Below are positions 1 through 15,169 of a stretch of DNA of 64,000 nt, piece after piece. This DNA comes from the human T2T-CHM13v2.0 reference genome, Homo sapiens. The notes beneath the pieces are model-generated. The model ran no database searches. It saw only the letters and a list, made by a program, of their open reading frames with translations, and had not been told where the DNA came from. The position numbers and the translations under genes are program-made. Location of the stretch: assembly GCF_009914755.1 (NCBI RefSeq), contig NC_060925.1; one strand, 5' to 3'. The number at the start of each line of letters is the position of its first letter. The first letter of the stretch is position 1.

Positions 1-475
1 CTGCGCTGTCAATATTACTCTCCAGACCCAGGGCTTATACACCATAGGGAAAGGGCATATGTGCTTCAGGAGGAATGTGTGGGACAATTGAAGTTGATTC
101 CTTAGGGAAAGGCAAGCACACTATGTGCATCATAGCCTATAAATTGCCTGAGGGCAGGATTTATGTTAAGTGCATGCTAACATTACACAAAGTAGAAATC
201 TCAATGACATTCCCATAACTGGGGTTAATCAGAAGTCAAAGTGGCAAATTAGCATCCAAGATGGAGCTGCTTTAACCTCCACATGTTCTCAAAGCATTTT
301 CATTTGGAAAGGGGTCAGGCACTGGCAGTCTGACAGATTTTCCTGGTTCGCAGTTTGCACCAGGTGTTCCAGTGAACTTTCTGAGTAGTTCATATAGCAA
401 CAGGCATGAAGGTTGTTCATATAGAAGCTGTTATGATAATTTCTCTGAAGCCTGTATCAAGTCTTCCAGCTTTGA

Positions 476-626
<151 letters not shown>

Positions 627-1138
627 TAGCTGGGATTACAGGTGTGCGCCATCACACCCGGCTAATTTTTGTGTTTTTAGGACAGACGGGGTTTCGCCTC
701 AGGTGATCCACCCACCTTGGCCTCCCAAAGTGCTAGGATTACAGGCATGAGCCACTGCGCCCGGCTGACTAGAAACCTTTTTAAGCCAGGCCAGTTTTGT
801 TCCAACGGGTGCTTTATTGGCTCCGTAATGCCAGCCTTAGTTCCTTAAAGCTGCCTAGTTGTATCTCAAAATAAAACATTCCAGTTAAAGCCTTGGTTAA
901 TTTAACCAGTGTTTCCATTATGTTTGCTACAGGAAAACAGGTTCTTACTGAACTTATGCAAACAATTATATTGCCATAAACATAAGGATACTCACTAATA
1001 GTTTCATAATTCTGGAGGGATCAGGTAGGGAAAAAAAGTAAATGTTATAATTTTTGTTCACAAAAGTATACTTTACCAAATTTCTATAAGCTACAGATAG
1101 CTTAAGAAAAAAGAAAAAAAAATCTTAAAGAAAACAAA

Positions 1139-1796
<658 letters not shown>

Positions 1797-2360
1797 TGAT
1801 ACACCCCCCCTCTGCCTCCCAAAGTACTGGGATTACAGGCACGAGTTACCGCGCCCGGCCTGGAAAACAAATATTAAAGAACCAGAAATGTTTTAAACAA
1901 AAAGGCACAAACATTATCCTTGTCAGTTTATTCAGTCTATGTAATTAATTCTTGTCCTGCCTAGTATTGGGTTAGCAGTTTCATGAACCCATCAATTTCC
2001 TTAGAATTGATCCATGAATCTCCTTGAAGATGAAACATTTTAGGATTATAGTTGTTTGCAAAAGCTTTCAGGAAAGTGTCAGAGTAAAATAGTTAACTGT
2101 CTGAGGATAACAAGACTTAAAATGGCCATCATTAAAAATCTGATATGAGTTTATTATAATACAATTGACATAGAAAATTCATTATTGGCTGGGCATGGTG
2201 GCTCATGCCTATAATCCCAGCACTTTGGGAGGCCAAGGTGGCAGATCACCTGACGTCGGTAATTCAAGACTAGCCTGATTAACATGGAGAAACCCCGTCT
2301 CTACTAAAAATACAAAATTAGCCGGGCGTGGTGGCGGGCGCCTGTAATCTCAGCTACTCA

Positions 2361-2465
<105 letters not shown>

Positions 2466-2872
2466 TCAAAAAAAAAGAAAAGAAAAGAAAAAGAAATTTC
2501 ATTATTTATGTGACATGCAACATTTTAACATAATAATCAAAATTATGACTGATACTATTATACCAGGACATGTTAGATTTTTAGAAATTTCATATAATTT
2601 CTGGAATACTCATATCAATTACAAATATAAGGTTTTAGCAGCACTTATCATTTGACAATTCTCCTCATATAATTTAACATCTAAAATAAGCCTAATCAGT
2701 TTAATATCTCTCTTTTTATACAAATTATTTTGATACATTCAAGAAACCTGTCTGGAAAATCCCGAAGTTAAAGTGAAGAAAAAAACAATTTAGCCAGGCA
2801 CAGTGGCTCATGCCTGTAATCCCAGAACTTTGGGAGGCCTAGGCTGGCTGATTGCTTGAGCTCAGAAGTTCA

Positions 2873-3130
<258 letters not shown>

Positions 3131-3133
3131 TCA

Positions 3134-3491
<358 letters not shown>

Positions 3492-3767
3492 CTAAACATT
3501 TCAAAGGCAAGTACAGAAAATTAGTTTTAAAAAAATTAGCAGTTTTAATATTGAGAAGACTAAGTTCTTAAATAATCAAAAGACCTAACACAGGCTGGGC
3601 ACGGTAGCTCACGACTGTAACCCCAGCACTTTGGGAGGCCAAGGTGGGCAGATCACCTGAGGTCCAGAGTTCAAGATCAGCCTGACCAACATGGAGAAAC
3701 CCCATCTCTACTACAAATAGAAAATTAGTCAGGCAAGGTGGCACATGCCTGTAATCCCAGCTACTCA

Positions 3768-3902
<135 letters not shown>

Positions 3903-4195
3903 CTAATACAAGACAACATGAAGCACATGAAATTTTCTTGATAAAACACAGAAGCTTTTTTTTCCCCCTCACACAGATCACTTCGAAGATAATCCCTTTC
4001 AGTCTCTTATCTACTCCAAGGAAACCCTATTGTTTTAAAAGAAGAGGCCAAATGTGTCTGGGTGTGGTGGTACTGTAATCTTAGCACTTTGGAAGACCCT
4101 GGCTGGCAGATTGCCAGAGCTCAGGGGTTCGAGACCAGCCAGCCAAACTTGGCGAAACCTCGTCTCTACAAAAAATACAAAAATTAGGCAGGCAT

Positions 4196-4882
4196 TTTAA
4201 TGGCCTGATGGGTTCACCTTGCCGGTTGCTTAGATATAGCTAATTTATCAAAACAGGGGAATTGCAATAGAGAAAGGGTAATTCATGCAGAGGCAGCTGT
4301 GCTAGAGACTGGAGTTTTATTATTATTCAAATCAGCCTCCTGGAGCATTTGGTGATCAGAGTTTTTGAGGATAATTTGGTGGGTGGGGGAAGGCCAGTGA
4401 GTTGAGAGTGTTGATTGGTTGAGTCACAGCTGAAATCATGGGAAGTTGAAGCTATCCTCTTGTGCTAAGAGTCATTTTCTGGGTGGGGGCTGCAAGATCA
4501 GTTGAGCCAGTTTATCTACTCCGTGGTGCCAGTTTATCAGTCAAGTGCAGGGTCTGCAAAATATCTCAAGCACTGATCTTAGGAGCAGTTTAGGGAGGGT
4601 CAGAATCTTGTAGCCTCCAGCTGCAAGACTCCTAAGCCATAATTTCTAATCTTGTGGCTAACTTGTTAGTCCTACAAGGGCGGTCTAGTCCCAGGCAAGA
4701 AAGAGGTTTGTTTTGAGAAAGGGCTGTTTTGTTTTAAACTGTAAACTATATGTTTCTTCCAAAGTTAGTTTAGCCTATGCCCATGAAGGAACAACAACAG
4801 CTTAAAGATTGGAAGCAAGATGTAGTCGGTTAGTTAGATCTCTTTCACCGTCTCAGTCGTAATCTTGCAAAGGGCAGTTTTA
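4196..4882 (-). mobile_element. LTR8 solo LTR inserted inside an Alu
   Basis: Matches recalled LTR8 consensus start (AAACCGCCTTTGCAAAATTATGACTGAGAC) in reverse; 4-bp TSD GCAT at 4192-4195 and 4883-4886; Alu halves on both sides. Confidence 0.85.
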
Positions 4883-5089
4883 GCATGGTGGCATGTGCCT
4901 GTAGTCTCAGCTACTTTGGGGGCTGAGGTGGGAGGATCACATGAGCCCAGAAGTCCAGACTGCAATGAGCCGTGTTCACACCACTGCACTCCAGCCTGGG
5001 TGACAGAGTGAGACGGTCTCAAAAAAAAGATCAAATTCTAGTTTTGCATCAGTGTAACTTTGACATTAAGATTCATTTTTAAAAACTCC

Positions 5090-6521
5090 CGAGAGGTGAC
5101 AGCATGCTGGCAGTCCTTGCTGGCTCTTGGCGCCTCCTCAGCCTCAGCGCCCACTCTGGCCACGCTTGAGGAGCCCTTCAGCCCGCTGCCGCACCGTGGG
5201 AGCCCCTCTCTGAGCTGGCCGAGGCTGGAGCCGGCTCCCTCTGCTTGCGGGGAGGTGTGGAGGGAGAGGCACGGGCAGGAACCGGGGCTGCGTGTGGCGC
5301 TCGCGGGCCAGCGCGAGTTCTTCGTGGGTGTGGGCTCGGCAGGCCCTGCACTCAGACTGGCCCGCCGGCCCCGGCAGTGAGGGGCTTAGCACCCAGGCAA
5401 GCAGCTGTGGAGGAGGCGCCGGGTCCCCCAGCACTGCCAGCCTGCCCGCGCCGCCTCAAATTCTTGCCGGGTCTCAGCCACCTCCTTGTGGGGCAGGGCT
5501 CGGGACCTGCGCCGCTGCGCTGCGGCGCCCCTTCCCATCGACAGCCCAAGGGCTGAGGAGTGCAGGTCTGTGGTGCAGGACTGGCGGGCACCTCGGCCTG
5601 CGGCCCTGGCGGGGGGATCTACTAGGCAAAGCCAGCTGGAGAACTTTTATGTCCAGCTGGAGGATTGTATATGCACCAATTAGCACTCTGTGTCTATCTC
5701 GGGGTTTGTGGATGCACCAATCAGCACTCTGTATCTAGCTAATCTGGTGGGGACTTGGAGAAATTTTGTGTCTAGCTAAAGGATTGTAAATCCTTTAGAC
5801 ACCAGTCAGTGCTCTGTGTCTAGCTCAAGATTTGTAAATGCACCAATCAGCACTCTGTATCTAGCTAATCTGGTGGGGACTTGGAGAACTTTTATGTCTA
5901 GCTAAAGGATTGTAAATGCACCAATCAGCACTCTATGTCTAGCTCAAGGTTTGTAAACACACTCTGCACCCTGTGTCTAGCTCAAGGTTTGTAAACGCAC
6001 CAATCAGTGCTCTGTGTCTAGCTAATCTAGTGGGGACTTGGAGAACTTTTACGTCTAGCTAGAGGATTGTAAATACACCAGTCAGCACTCTGTGTCTAGC
6101 TCAGGGATTGTAAACTCACCAATCAGCACCCTGTCAAAACGGACCAATCAGCAGGATGTGGGTGGGGCCAGATAAGGGAATAAAAGCAGGCTGCCCAAAC
6201 CAGCAGTGGCAACTCGCTTGGGTCACCTTCTGTACTGTGGAAGCTTTGTACTTTTGCTCTTTGCAATAAATCTTGCTGCTGCTCACTCTTGATCTGGACT
6301 GCCTTTATGAGCTGTAACACTCACTGCGAAGATCTTTAACTTCACTCCTGAAGCCAGCGAGACCATGAACCCACCGGAAGAAAGAAACTCCGAACACATC
6401 TGAACATCAGAAGGAACAAACTCCGGACACACCATCTTTAAGAACTGTAACACTCACCGTGAGGGTCCGTGGCTTCATTCTTGAAGTCAGTGAGACCAAG
6501 AACCCACCAATTTCGGACACA
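5090..6521 (+). mobile_element. LTR12C (ERV9) solo LTR
   Basis: Starts (t/c)GAGAGGTGACAGC, ends CGGACACA; 4-bp TSD CTCC at 5086-5089 and 6522-6525; ~7 CCAAT boxes in tandem units 5670-6150, GATAA 6171, TATA-like AATAAAA 6179-6185, polyA signal 6265-6270. Confidence 0.92.
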
Positions 6522-6712
6522 CTCCTAGAATAAATTCATTCAATTTCAGCTGATTTGACACATCAGATTCTCACTTTTGCTCTCTTGCTCTTTTCAACTT
6601 TCTGTCTATTCAGTTTTTGCCTTTATCAATTTCTTCATTCTAAAACAACCTGTGGGCTAAGTGCGGTGGCTCATGCTTGTAATCCCAGCACTCTGGGAGG
6701 CCAAAGTGGGTG

Positions 6713-7023
6713 TGTTACTGGTGGGTCCTTGTTCTTAGAGCTCCCAAGATGGTGGCGGGCTGCTCCCAAGATGGCGGCAAGCCTTTTCTTCTCTGACCTG
6801 GAGTTCTTGGCCTCCCAGATTCCAAGGAATGGAACCTTGGGCCATGTAGTGAGTGTTACAGCTCTATTAGAAGTCGTGAGTCACGGAAGAGAACTGTGGA
6901 ACCCAGCAACTAGTGTTCAGCTCCATCAGGACGAACCTAGGCACTTAGCTGCGCAGGAACAATGGTGAGTCTCTAGCCCCATTGGGAGCAGCAATGGGCA
7001 CCTCGCTGGATCAGAAGCATAGC
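6713..7023 (-). mobile_element. LTR17 (HERV-W) U5 fragment
   Basis: Reverse complement matches the recalled LTR17 3' end (CCATCTTGGGAGCTCT...CCAGTAACA); U3/R missing. Confidence 0.75.
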
Positions 7024-8122
7024 CTGTGGTACTGCTTCTCTTGGCCTGTGTCCTCAAACCTACTGTCAGTCAGGATCTGGGCAGGAAACCACTTCTACAA
7101 TTTTTTTTTTTTGAGACAGAGGAGTATCACTGTCTCACCCAAGATGGAGTACAGTGGTACTATGTCGGCTCATTGCAGCCTCCGCTCCCAAGTTCAAGCT
7201 AATTTTTGTATTTTTAGTAGAGACAGGGTTTCACCACATTTGCCAGGCTGGTCTCAAACTCCTGACCTCAGGTGATCCACCCACCTCGGCCTCCCACAGT
7301 GCTGGGATTACAGGCATGAGCCACTGAGCCAGGCTGTGCTGGCTATTATCTGAAGTTATTTTATGGTTGTTGACAAATAGAAAAGTACTAAAAATATCAC
7401 AGAAGCAAAGAAACTGAAAAACATGATTCTTCCTTGTATTTTAAAAAAAAATTTTACTTTTCATGATTGACCTGCCATCAAGCCATTATTTTTACAGTGC
7501 ATTTCACTTATAGGTTGAATTTATAGTCTTATGGTCTTAAATATCTATCAGAGACAATATAAACTTGTTTGACTAGGAAATCTAGGCAAAAACAAACAGT
7601 TCTTAAAACAGTTTCATTTTTATTTTATCAACCATTTAAAAACTAGCTTTACTTACCAAAGATTACCCCATATCATATGAATTAAAAGGCAGTTGGGCTA
7701 TTTCCTAAATTTCTGAGAGTTTTAGGGATATTTCATTTATATTAGTGCTCATTTAACTCAGCTCAAGTTTGAATAGAACTCCTTTAGGGGATTTTATAAA
7801 TTAGTTTAGAAATACCATCTGGAGGGAGAAAAAATATCAAATATACAAATCATACATAACTAAATATACATTAAGATGGATACGAAGATCTTATAGCTTT
7901 TATTTTAAAATTTTAGTCACGAATCAGTAATACAATTGGCTTATCTCCACTTATATTTTTATTCAAATTGTGCTTCTGACAAAAATCGGACAAGTTAAGG
8001 CTACTTGCTCACACGGCTAAAGCATATTTTAAAAATAAAATTTGTGGAAAAGACAATATTTTTTGGTTGCCAGTTTCCAAATAGTTTCTCCTCCTTTTTT
8101 AAAAAGAAAAACCAAGCTTCTT

Positions 8123-9997
8123 TTTTTTTTTTTTTCATTCTATTTCATTTTATTTTGTCTTTTCTTTTTTTTTTTTTTTTTACATTTTTTTTTTTAAATT
8201 TATTTATTGATAATTCTTGGGTGTTTCTCACAGAGGGGGATTTGGCAGGGTCATGGGACAATAGTGGAGGGAAGGTCAGCAGATAAACAAGTGAACAAAG
8301 GTCTCTGGTTTTCCTAGGCAGAGGACCCTGCGGCCTTCTGCAGTGTTTGTGTCCCTGATTACTTGAGATTAGGGATTGGTGATGACTCTTAACGAGCATG
8401 CTGCCTTCAAGCATCTGTTTAACAAAGCACATCTTGCACCGCCCTTAATCCATTTAACCCTGAGTGGACACAGCACGTTTCAGAGAGCACAGGGTTGGGG
8501 GTAAGGTCACAGATCAACAGGATCCCAAGGCAGAGGAATTTTTCTTAGTGCAGAACAAAATGAAAAGTCTCCCATGTCTACTTCTTTCTACACAGACACG
8601 GCAACCATCCGATTTCTCAATCTTTTCCCCACCTTTCCCGCCTTTCTATTCCACAAAGCTGCCATTGTCATCCTGGCCCGTTCTCAATGAGCTGTTGGGC
8701 ACACCTCCCAGACGGGGTGGTGGCCGGGCAGAGGGGCTCCTCACTTCCCAGTAGGGGCGGCTGGGCAGAGGCGCCCCTCACCTCCCGGACGGGGCGGCTG
8801 GCCGGGCAGGGGGGCTGACCCCCCCCACCTCCCTCCCGGACGGGGCGGCTGGCCGGGCGGGGGGCTGACCCCCCAACCTCCCTCCTGGACGGGGCGGCTG
8901 GCCGGGCAGAGGGGCTCCTCACTTCCCAGTAGGGGCGGCCGGGCAGAGGCGCCCCTCACCTCCCTGACGGGGCGGCTGGCCGGGCGGAGGGCTGACCCCC
9001 CCACCTCCCTCCCGGACGGGGCGGCTGGCCGGGCGGGGGGCTGACCCCCCCACCTCCCTCCCGGACGGGGTGGCTGGCCAGGCGGGGGGCTGACCCCCCC
9101 ACCTCCCTCCCGGACGGGGTGGCTGGCCGGGCTGAGGGGCTCCTCACTTCCCAGTAGGGGCGGCCGGGCAGAGGCGCCCCTCACCTCCCGGACGGGGCGG
9201 CTGGCCAGGCGGGGGGCTGACCCCCCCACCTCCCTCCCGGATGGCACGGCTGGCCGGGCGGGGGGGCTGACCCCCTACCTCCCTCCCGGATGGGGCGGCT
9301 GGCCGGGCGGGGGGCTGACCCCCCCCACCTCCCTCCCGGACGGGGTGGCTGCCGGGCGGAGACGCTCCTCACTTCCCAGATGGGGTGGCTGCCGGGCGGA
9401 GAGGCTCCTCACTTCTCAGACGGGGCAGCTGCCGGGCGGAGGGGCTCCTCACTTCTCAGACGGGGTGGTTGCCAGGCAGAGGGTCTCCTCACTTCTCAGA
9501 TGGGGCGGCCGGGCAGAGACGCTCCTCACCTCCCAGACGGGGTCTCGGCCGGGCAGAGGCGCTCCTCACATCCCAGATGGGGCGGCGGGGCAGAGGCGCT
9601 CCCCACATCTCAGACGATGGGCGGCCGGGCAGAGACGCTCCTCACTTCCTAGATGTGATGGCGGCTGGGAAGAGGCGCTCCTCACTTCCTAGATGGGATG
9701 GCGGCCGGGCGGAGACGCTCCTCACTTTCCAGACTGGGCAGCCAGGCAGAGGGGCTCCTCACATCCCAGACAATGGGCGGCCAGGCAGAGACACTCCTCA
9801 CTTCCCAGACGGGGTGGCAGCCGGGCAGAGGCTGCAATCTCGGCACTTTGGGAGGCCAAGGCAGGCGGCTGCTCCTTGCCCTCGGGCCCCGCGGGGCCCG
9901 TCCGCTCCTCCAGCCGCTGCCTCCCGGGCGGCGCTCGCCGGCGCGGCGGCAAAGACTGAGACAGCTCCGCTGCCCGCTGAACTCCATCCTCCCGGCC
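8123..9997 (-). mobile_element. SVA_F1 (MAST2-SVA) retrotransposon
   Basis: SINE-R ~8196-8690, GC-rich VNTR ~8700-9800, truncated Alu-like domain to 9868, MAST2 exon-1 sequence 9869-9996, no CCCTCT hexamer; 15-bp TSD AAAACCAAGCTTCTT at 8108-8122 and 9998-10012 with a TT/AAGA L1 endonuclease site. Confidence 0.95.
8700..9800. repeat. SVA VNTR (GC-rich ~35-50 bp units)
   Basis: Tandem ccctcccggacggggcggctggccgggcgggggg and ctcctcacttcccagacgggg units; G-run rich. Confidence 0.95.
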
Positions 9998-10876
9998 AAA
10001 ACCAAGCTTCTTAACAAAGATCCTGAAGTGTTGAGTTTACTAATTTAGTTAGGAACTTTCCAATTTAGCTTTTGCTTTTAACCAGATTATTGAGTTCAGG
10101 GTGGAGCTCATTGACAAATAAGGCAGACAAAGCATTTTCTGTGTCTGGGCTCAGCATACATAGCTCTGAGCTTAATAATTTGACTAGGGCATAAAGGTGG
10201 TTAAAGAAGCAAACTTGACTGACTTGAGGGCTTAACTTTTATAAACAGTTTTTCTGGCTTTCTTTTAAACCATCAGGGTGGGATGGTCACTAAGTAAACA
10301 GGTTAGCAGATTCGATTTTTCTTATCAGTTTGTTGCTTAAAGCTTTTCATTTGCCTTTTTAAAGGAGACCTTTAGAGAAGCAATTTTTTGAAACCTAAAA
10401 TCTGGTTAGAGGCTTCTGTGTATCGAAAATAGGCATCTCATCTGTTTGTCTAATTTGAGAGCCCTTACTTTCAAATGTGCTTCTTAGATGGATAATCTTG
10501 TCCATCTGGAATGTTCTCTATAATGTCCCCTGTAATTCTAAATTGTCTTTGATAAAATTTCACCACTTTTTGGCCAGGCACAGTTGTTCATGCCTATAAT
10601 CCCAGCACTCTGGGAGGCTGAGGCAGGAGGATTGCTTGAGCCCAGGAATTCGAGACCAGCCCGAGCAATGCAGTGGGACTCCATCTCTACAAAAATGTTT
10701 TTAAATTAGCCAGGTGTGGTGATGTGCACTTGTGGTCCTAGCTACTCAAAAGGCTGAGGTGGAAGGAATCACTTAAGTCTTGGAAGTCAAGGCTGCAGTG
10801 AGCCATTATCATGCTACTGCACTCCAGCTTGGGTGACAGAATGAGACTCTGAAAAAAAAAATCACCATTTTTGTTA

Positions 10877-11372
<496 letters not shown>

Positions 11373-11490
11373 TCAGTGTTTCTTTTTGCAAGGAAATTTT
11401 CTTAAGGCTCATGGGTAACCTAGCGTCAAACTAAACCTTATCCTTTCTTTTTCTTTCTTTCTTTCTTTCTTTTTTTTTTTTTGAGACTGA

Positions 11491-11643
<153 letters not shown>

Positions 11644-12291
11644 TAGTAGGGACGGGGTTTCTCCATGTTGGTCAGGCTGGTCCCCAACTCCTGACCTCAG
11701 GTGATTCACCCACATCACCCTCCCGAAGTGCTGGGATTACAGATGTGAGCCACAATGCCTGGCCAGCTTATCCTTTCAGTAGTTACATATTTAGGTGATA
11801 GGTGATCTAACAGCTTTTGGGTGCCCTTCCCATACCTGTCAATTAAGTTGTGGTTTGGCACCAAGATTCCTTAGCCAACATAGCCAATGATCTTTCCCTA
11901 CCTTAGTGTGCAAGAAAAAGAAACAAAGAGGAGATAACCCAAATCCCTGTGAATTTCTGAAAAATAGTGTCTAACACCCCCTGCAGTAACTGCCATTTGC
12001 TGCAATCACTGTCAGTTATCTTTAAAAGTGTGATTCTTTGGTAGCGATGCAACAATCACCAAAAGTCCCAAAGATCATTTACTCTGCTACAACACAACCT
12101 TTGGCACCCAAAAGCCAAAATAATCAGGAGCTCAAATACAAAGAGTTGGCCCTGGTAGGAACTTACTCATGACATTGGGAGCACTGTGAGGAAGTCAGGG
12201 GACTCTAAAGGAGTAAGGAGCACCTTATCTGCATCCTTCAGTGGCCTCAGGGTCATCAGCCTTCTTCAAGTCCTTTCATGTTCACCAGAAC

Positions 12292-13068
12292 TGTTAGAAA
12301 ATTTCAATAAATTTAGTCTAAAGATCGAGTTGGTTTTTATTAGCAATTCATAAATCAAACAGCATCTCATCTAAAAATAGGTAAGTGCTCTGCTAGGATG
12401 GCAAACCAGTTTTTGTTTTTGTTTTTTTTTTTTTTTTTTTTTGAGATGGAGTCTTGCTCTGTCACCAGGCTGGAGTGTTAGTGGTATGATCTTGGCTCAC
12501 TGCAACCTCCACCTCCCGGGTTCAAGTGATTCTCCTGCCTCAGCCTCCTGAGTAGCTGGGACTACAGGCACGTGCCACCATGCCCAGCTAATTTTTGTAT
12601 TTTTAGTAGAGATGGGGTTTCACCATGTTGGCCAGGATGGTCTCTCAATCTCTTGACCTCATGATCTGCCCGCCTCGGCTTCCTAAAATGCTGGGATTAC
12701 AGGTGTGAGCCACCATGCCCAGCCTAACAGTTGGTTTTTATAAGATAGCTAGAGCAGGAGTGAGGAAACAATAATACCAAAAGCAGATTGTTAACATCAG
12801 GTTACTTCAGGTTACTTTCCTTGTAAGGGTTAAAGGAGGAGACTTCCTTAACATGCTGGTTCAGGTTGACTGGGCCTCTTCAGACTGGTTGCTATGAATC
12901 TTCTGTTTTTAGGAAAAATTGGTCTAATGGGGAATTTTCTTGCTTCCTTAAAGTTTCAACTTGATTGCATGACACTTAGCATAAGTGACTCCATTTTAAT
13001 TTGTTTTGTTGGGGCCTAGTGCAGGAGCTCAGTCCAAAACAATGGCTTCCCATACATTTTATTTTACA
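12292..13068 (-). mobile_element. ERV1 LTR, MER31/MER67 type, probable 5' LTR (Alu inside at ~12410-12725)
   Basis: TG...CA ends; reverse starts TGTAAAATAAAATGTATGGGAAGCCATTGTTTTGGACTGAGCTCCTGCACTAGGCCCC; followed on minus by PBS-like TTCTGGTGAACATGAAAGGAC. Confidence 0.65.
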
Positions 13069-13760
<692 letters not shown>

Positions 13761-14497
13761 TAGCCCACAGGCCCACTGGGATCTCCTCTGTTTTCTGCCC
13801 TTCATCAGACTTGGGCTTGGGAAACACTCTGCCTTTGTTCACTTCAGTCTCCGAAATTTGGCCTGTGGACTTTTAGGGTCCTCATCATGCTATGTTGTAA
13901 GCACTGATTTCCTTTTCATGCCACCAACAGATTTAAAGCTTCTTAAAAATAGAGACCAGGCTTTATTCAGCTTTTTATCTTAACCTAGCCCAGGGCCTGG
14001 CACACAGTCTGTGTTTAACAATGCTTGGCTGTCAGTTCTACCATGGTTCCTACATAGCTTTCTCTGGATGCTTTTCTCCAGGAGAAATGCAGCACTATTT
14101 TTCTCTACCTGGTTGAAATGCCACTTCCTGCAGAAGCTTCCCCAGGCCCTAAAATCACATGGCATACTTTGTGTGTGGTTCCCTCTCATCTCAAGAAGTT
14201 CACAGTTTCGTAGGGATTTAGAAGAGCAAACTAACATGTACAATGCACTGCAGTGCTAGGAAAAATTGTGAAAGACTTTTAAATGGGCAAGTAATGACTG
14301 GGTGTCTTTCAATGGAATGATGTGTGTTACAATTCTACCCTACAAAAGTGCTGGACTGTTTTATAACTCTGTAGAAATGAAGGTTAATGGGGAGGCCTGA
14401 TGATGGTGTAGATGTTTTCTGTCTAGAGCTGGATGCAGGATGCAAACAACTCTGTTCATGGCAATGCAACTAAATACATTTTGTCCAGTACAGAACA

Positions 14498-15169
14498 AAC
14501 CGCCCAAGGGGTTCACCTTGCCCTCTGCCTAGACAGAGCATTCATCAAGACAGAGGAATTGCAATAGAGAAAGAGTAATTTACACAGAGCCAGCTGTGTT
14601 GGAGACCAGAGTTTTATTATTACTCAAATCAGTCTCCCCAAGTATTCAGGGAGCAGAATTTTTAACGATAACTTGGTGGGTGGGGGAAAGCCAGTGAGCC
14701 AGGAGTGCTGATTTGTCAGAGATGAAATCGTAGGGAGTCGGAGCTGTCTTCTTGCACTGAGTCACTTCCTGGGTTGGGGCTACAAGATCAGTTGAGCCAG
14801 TTTTTCAATTGGGTGGTGCCAGATGATCCATCAAGTGCCGAGTCTGCAAAATATCTCAAGCACTGATCTTAGGAGCAGTTTAGGAAGGGTCAGAATCTTG
14901 TAGCCTCCAGCTGCATGACTCCTAAACCACAATTTCTAATCTTGTGGCTAATGTTAGTCCTACAAAGGCAATCTAGTCCCCAGGCAAAAAGGAGGTCTGC
15001 TTTGGGAAAGAGCTGTCTTTGTTTAAACTATAAACTAAGCTTCTCCCAAAGTTAGTTCGGCCTATACCCAGGAATGAACAAGGACAGCTTGGAGGTTAGA
15101 AGCAAGATGGAGTCTGTTAAGTTAGATCTCTTTGGCTGTCTCAGTCATAATTTGGCAAAGGCAGTTTTA
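14498..15169 (-). mobile_element. LTR8 solo LTR (second copy)
   Basis: Colinear with 4196-4882 along its length, same orientation. Confidence 0.85.

Noticed and set aside
5630-6160. Regularly spaced repeats resembling a CRISPR array
   Set aside because: These are LTR12 U3 tandem CCAAT units; the spacers are themselves repeats and there are no cas genes.
8464-10048. Many overlapping Pro/Gly/Arg-rich ORFs
   Set aside because: Expected by-product of the stop-poor GC-rich SVA VNTR; only the Kozak-flanked first-AUG ORF was kept as a lead.
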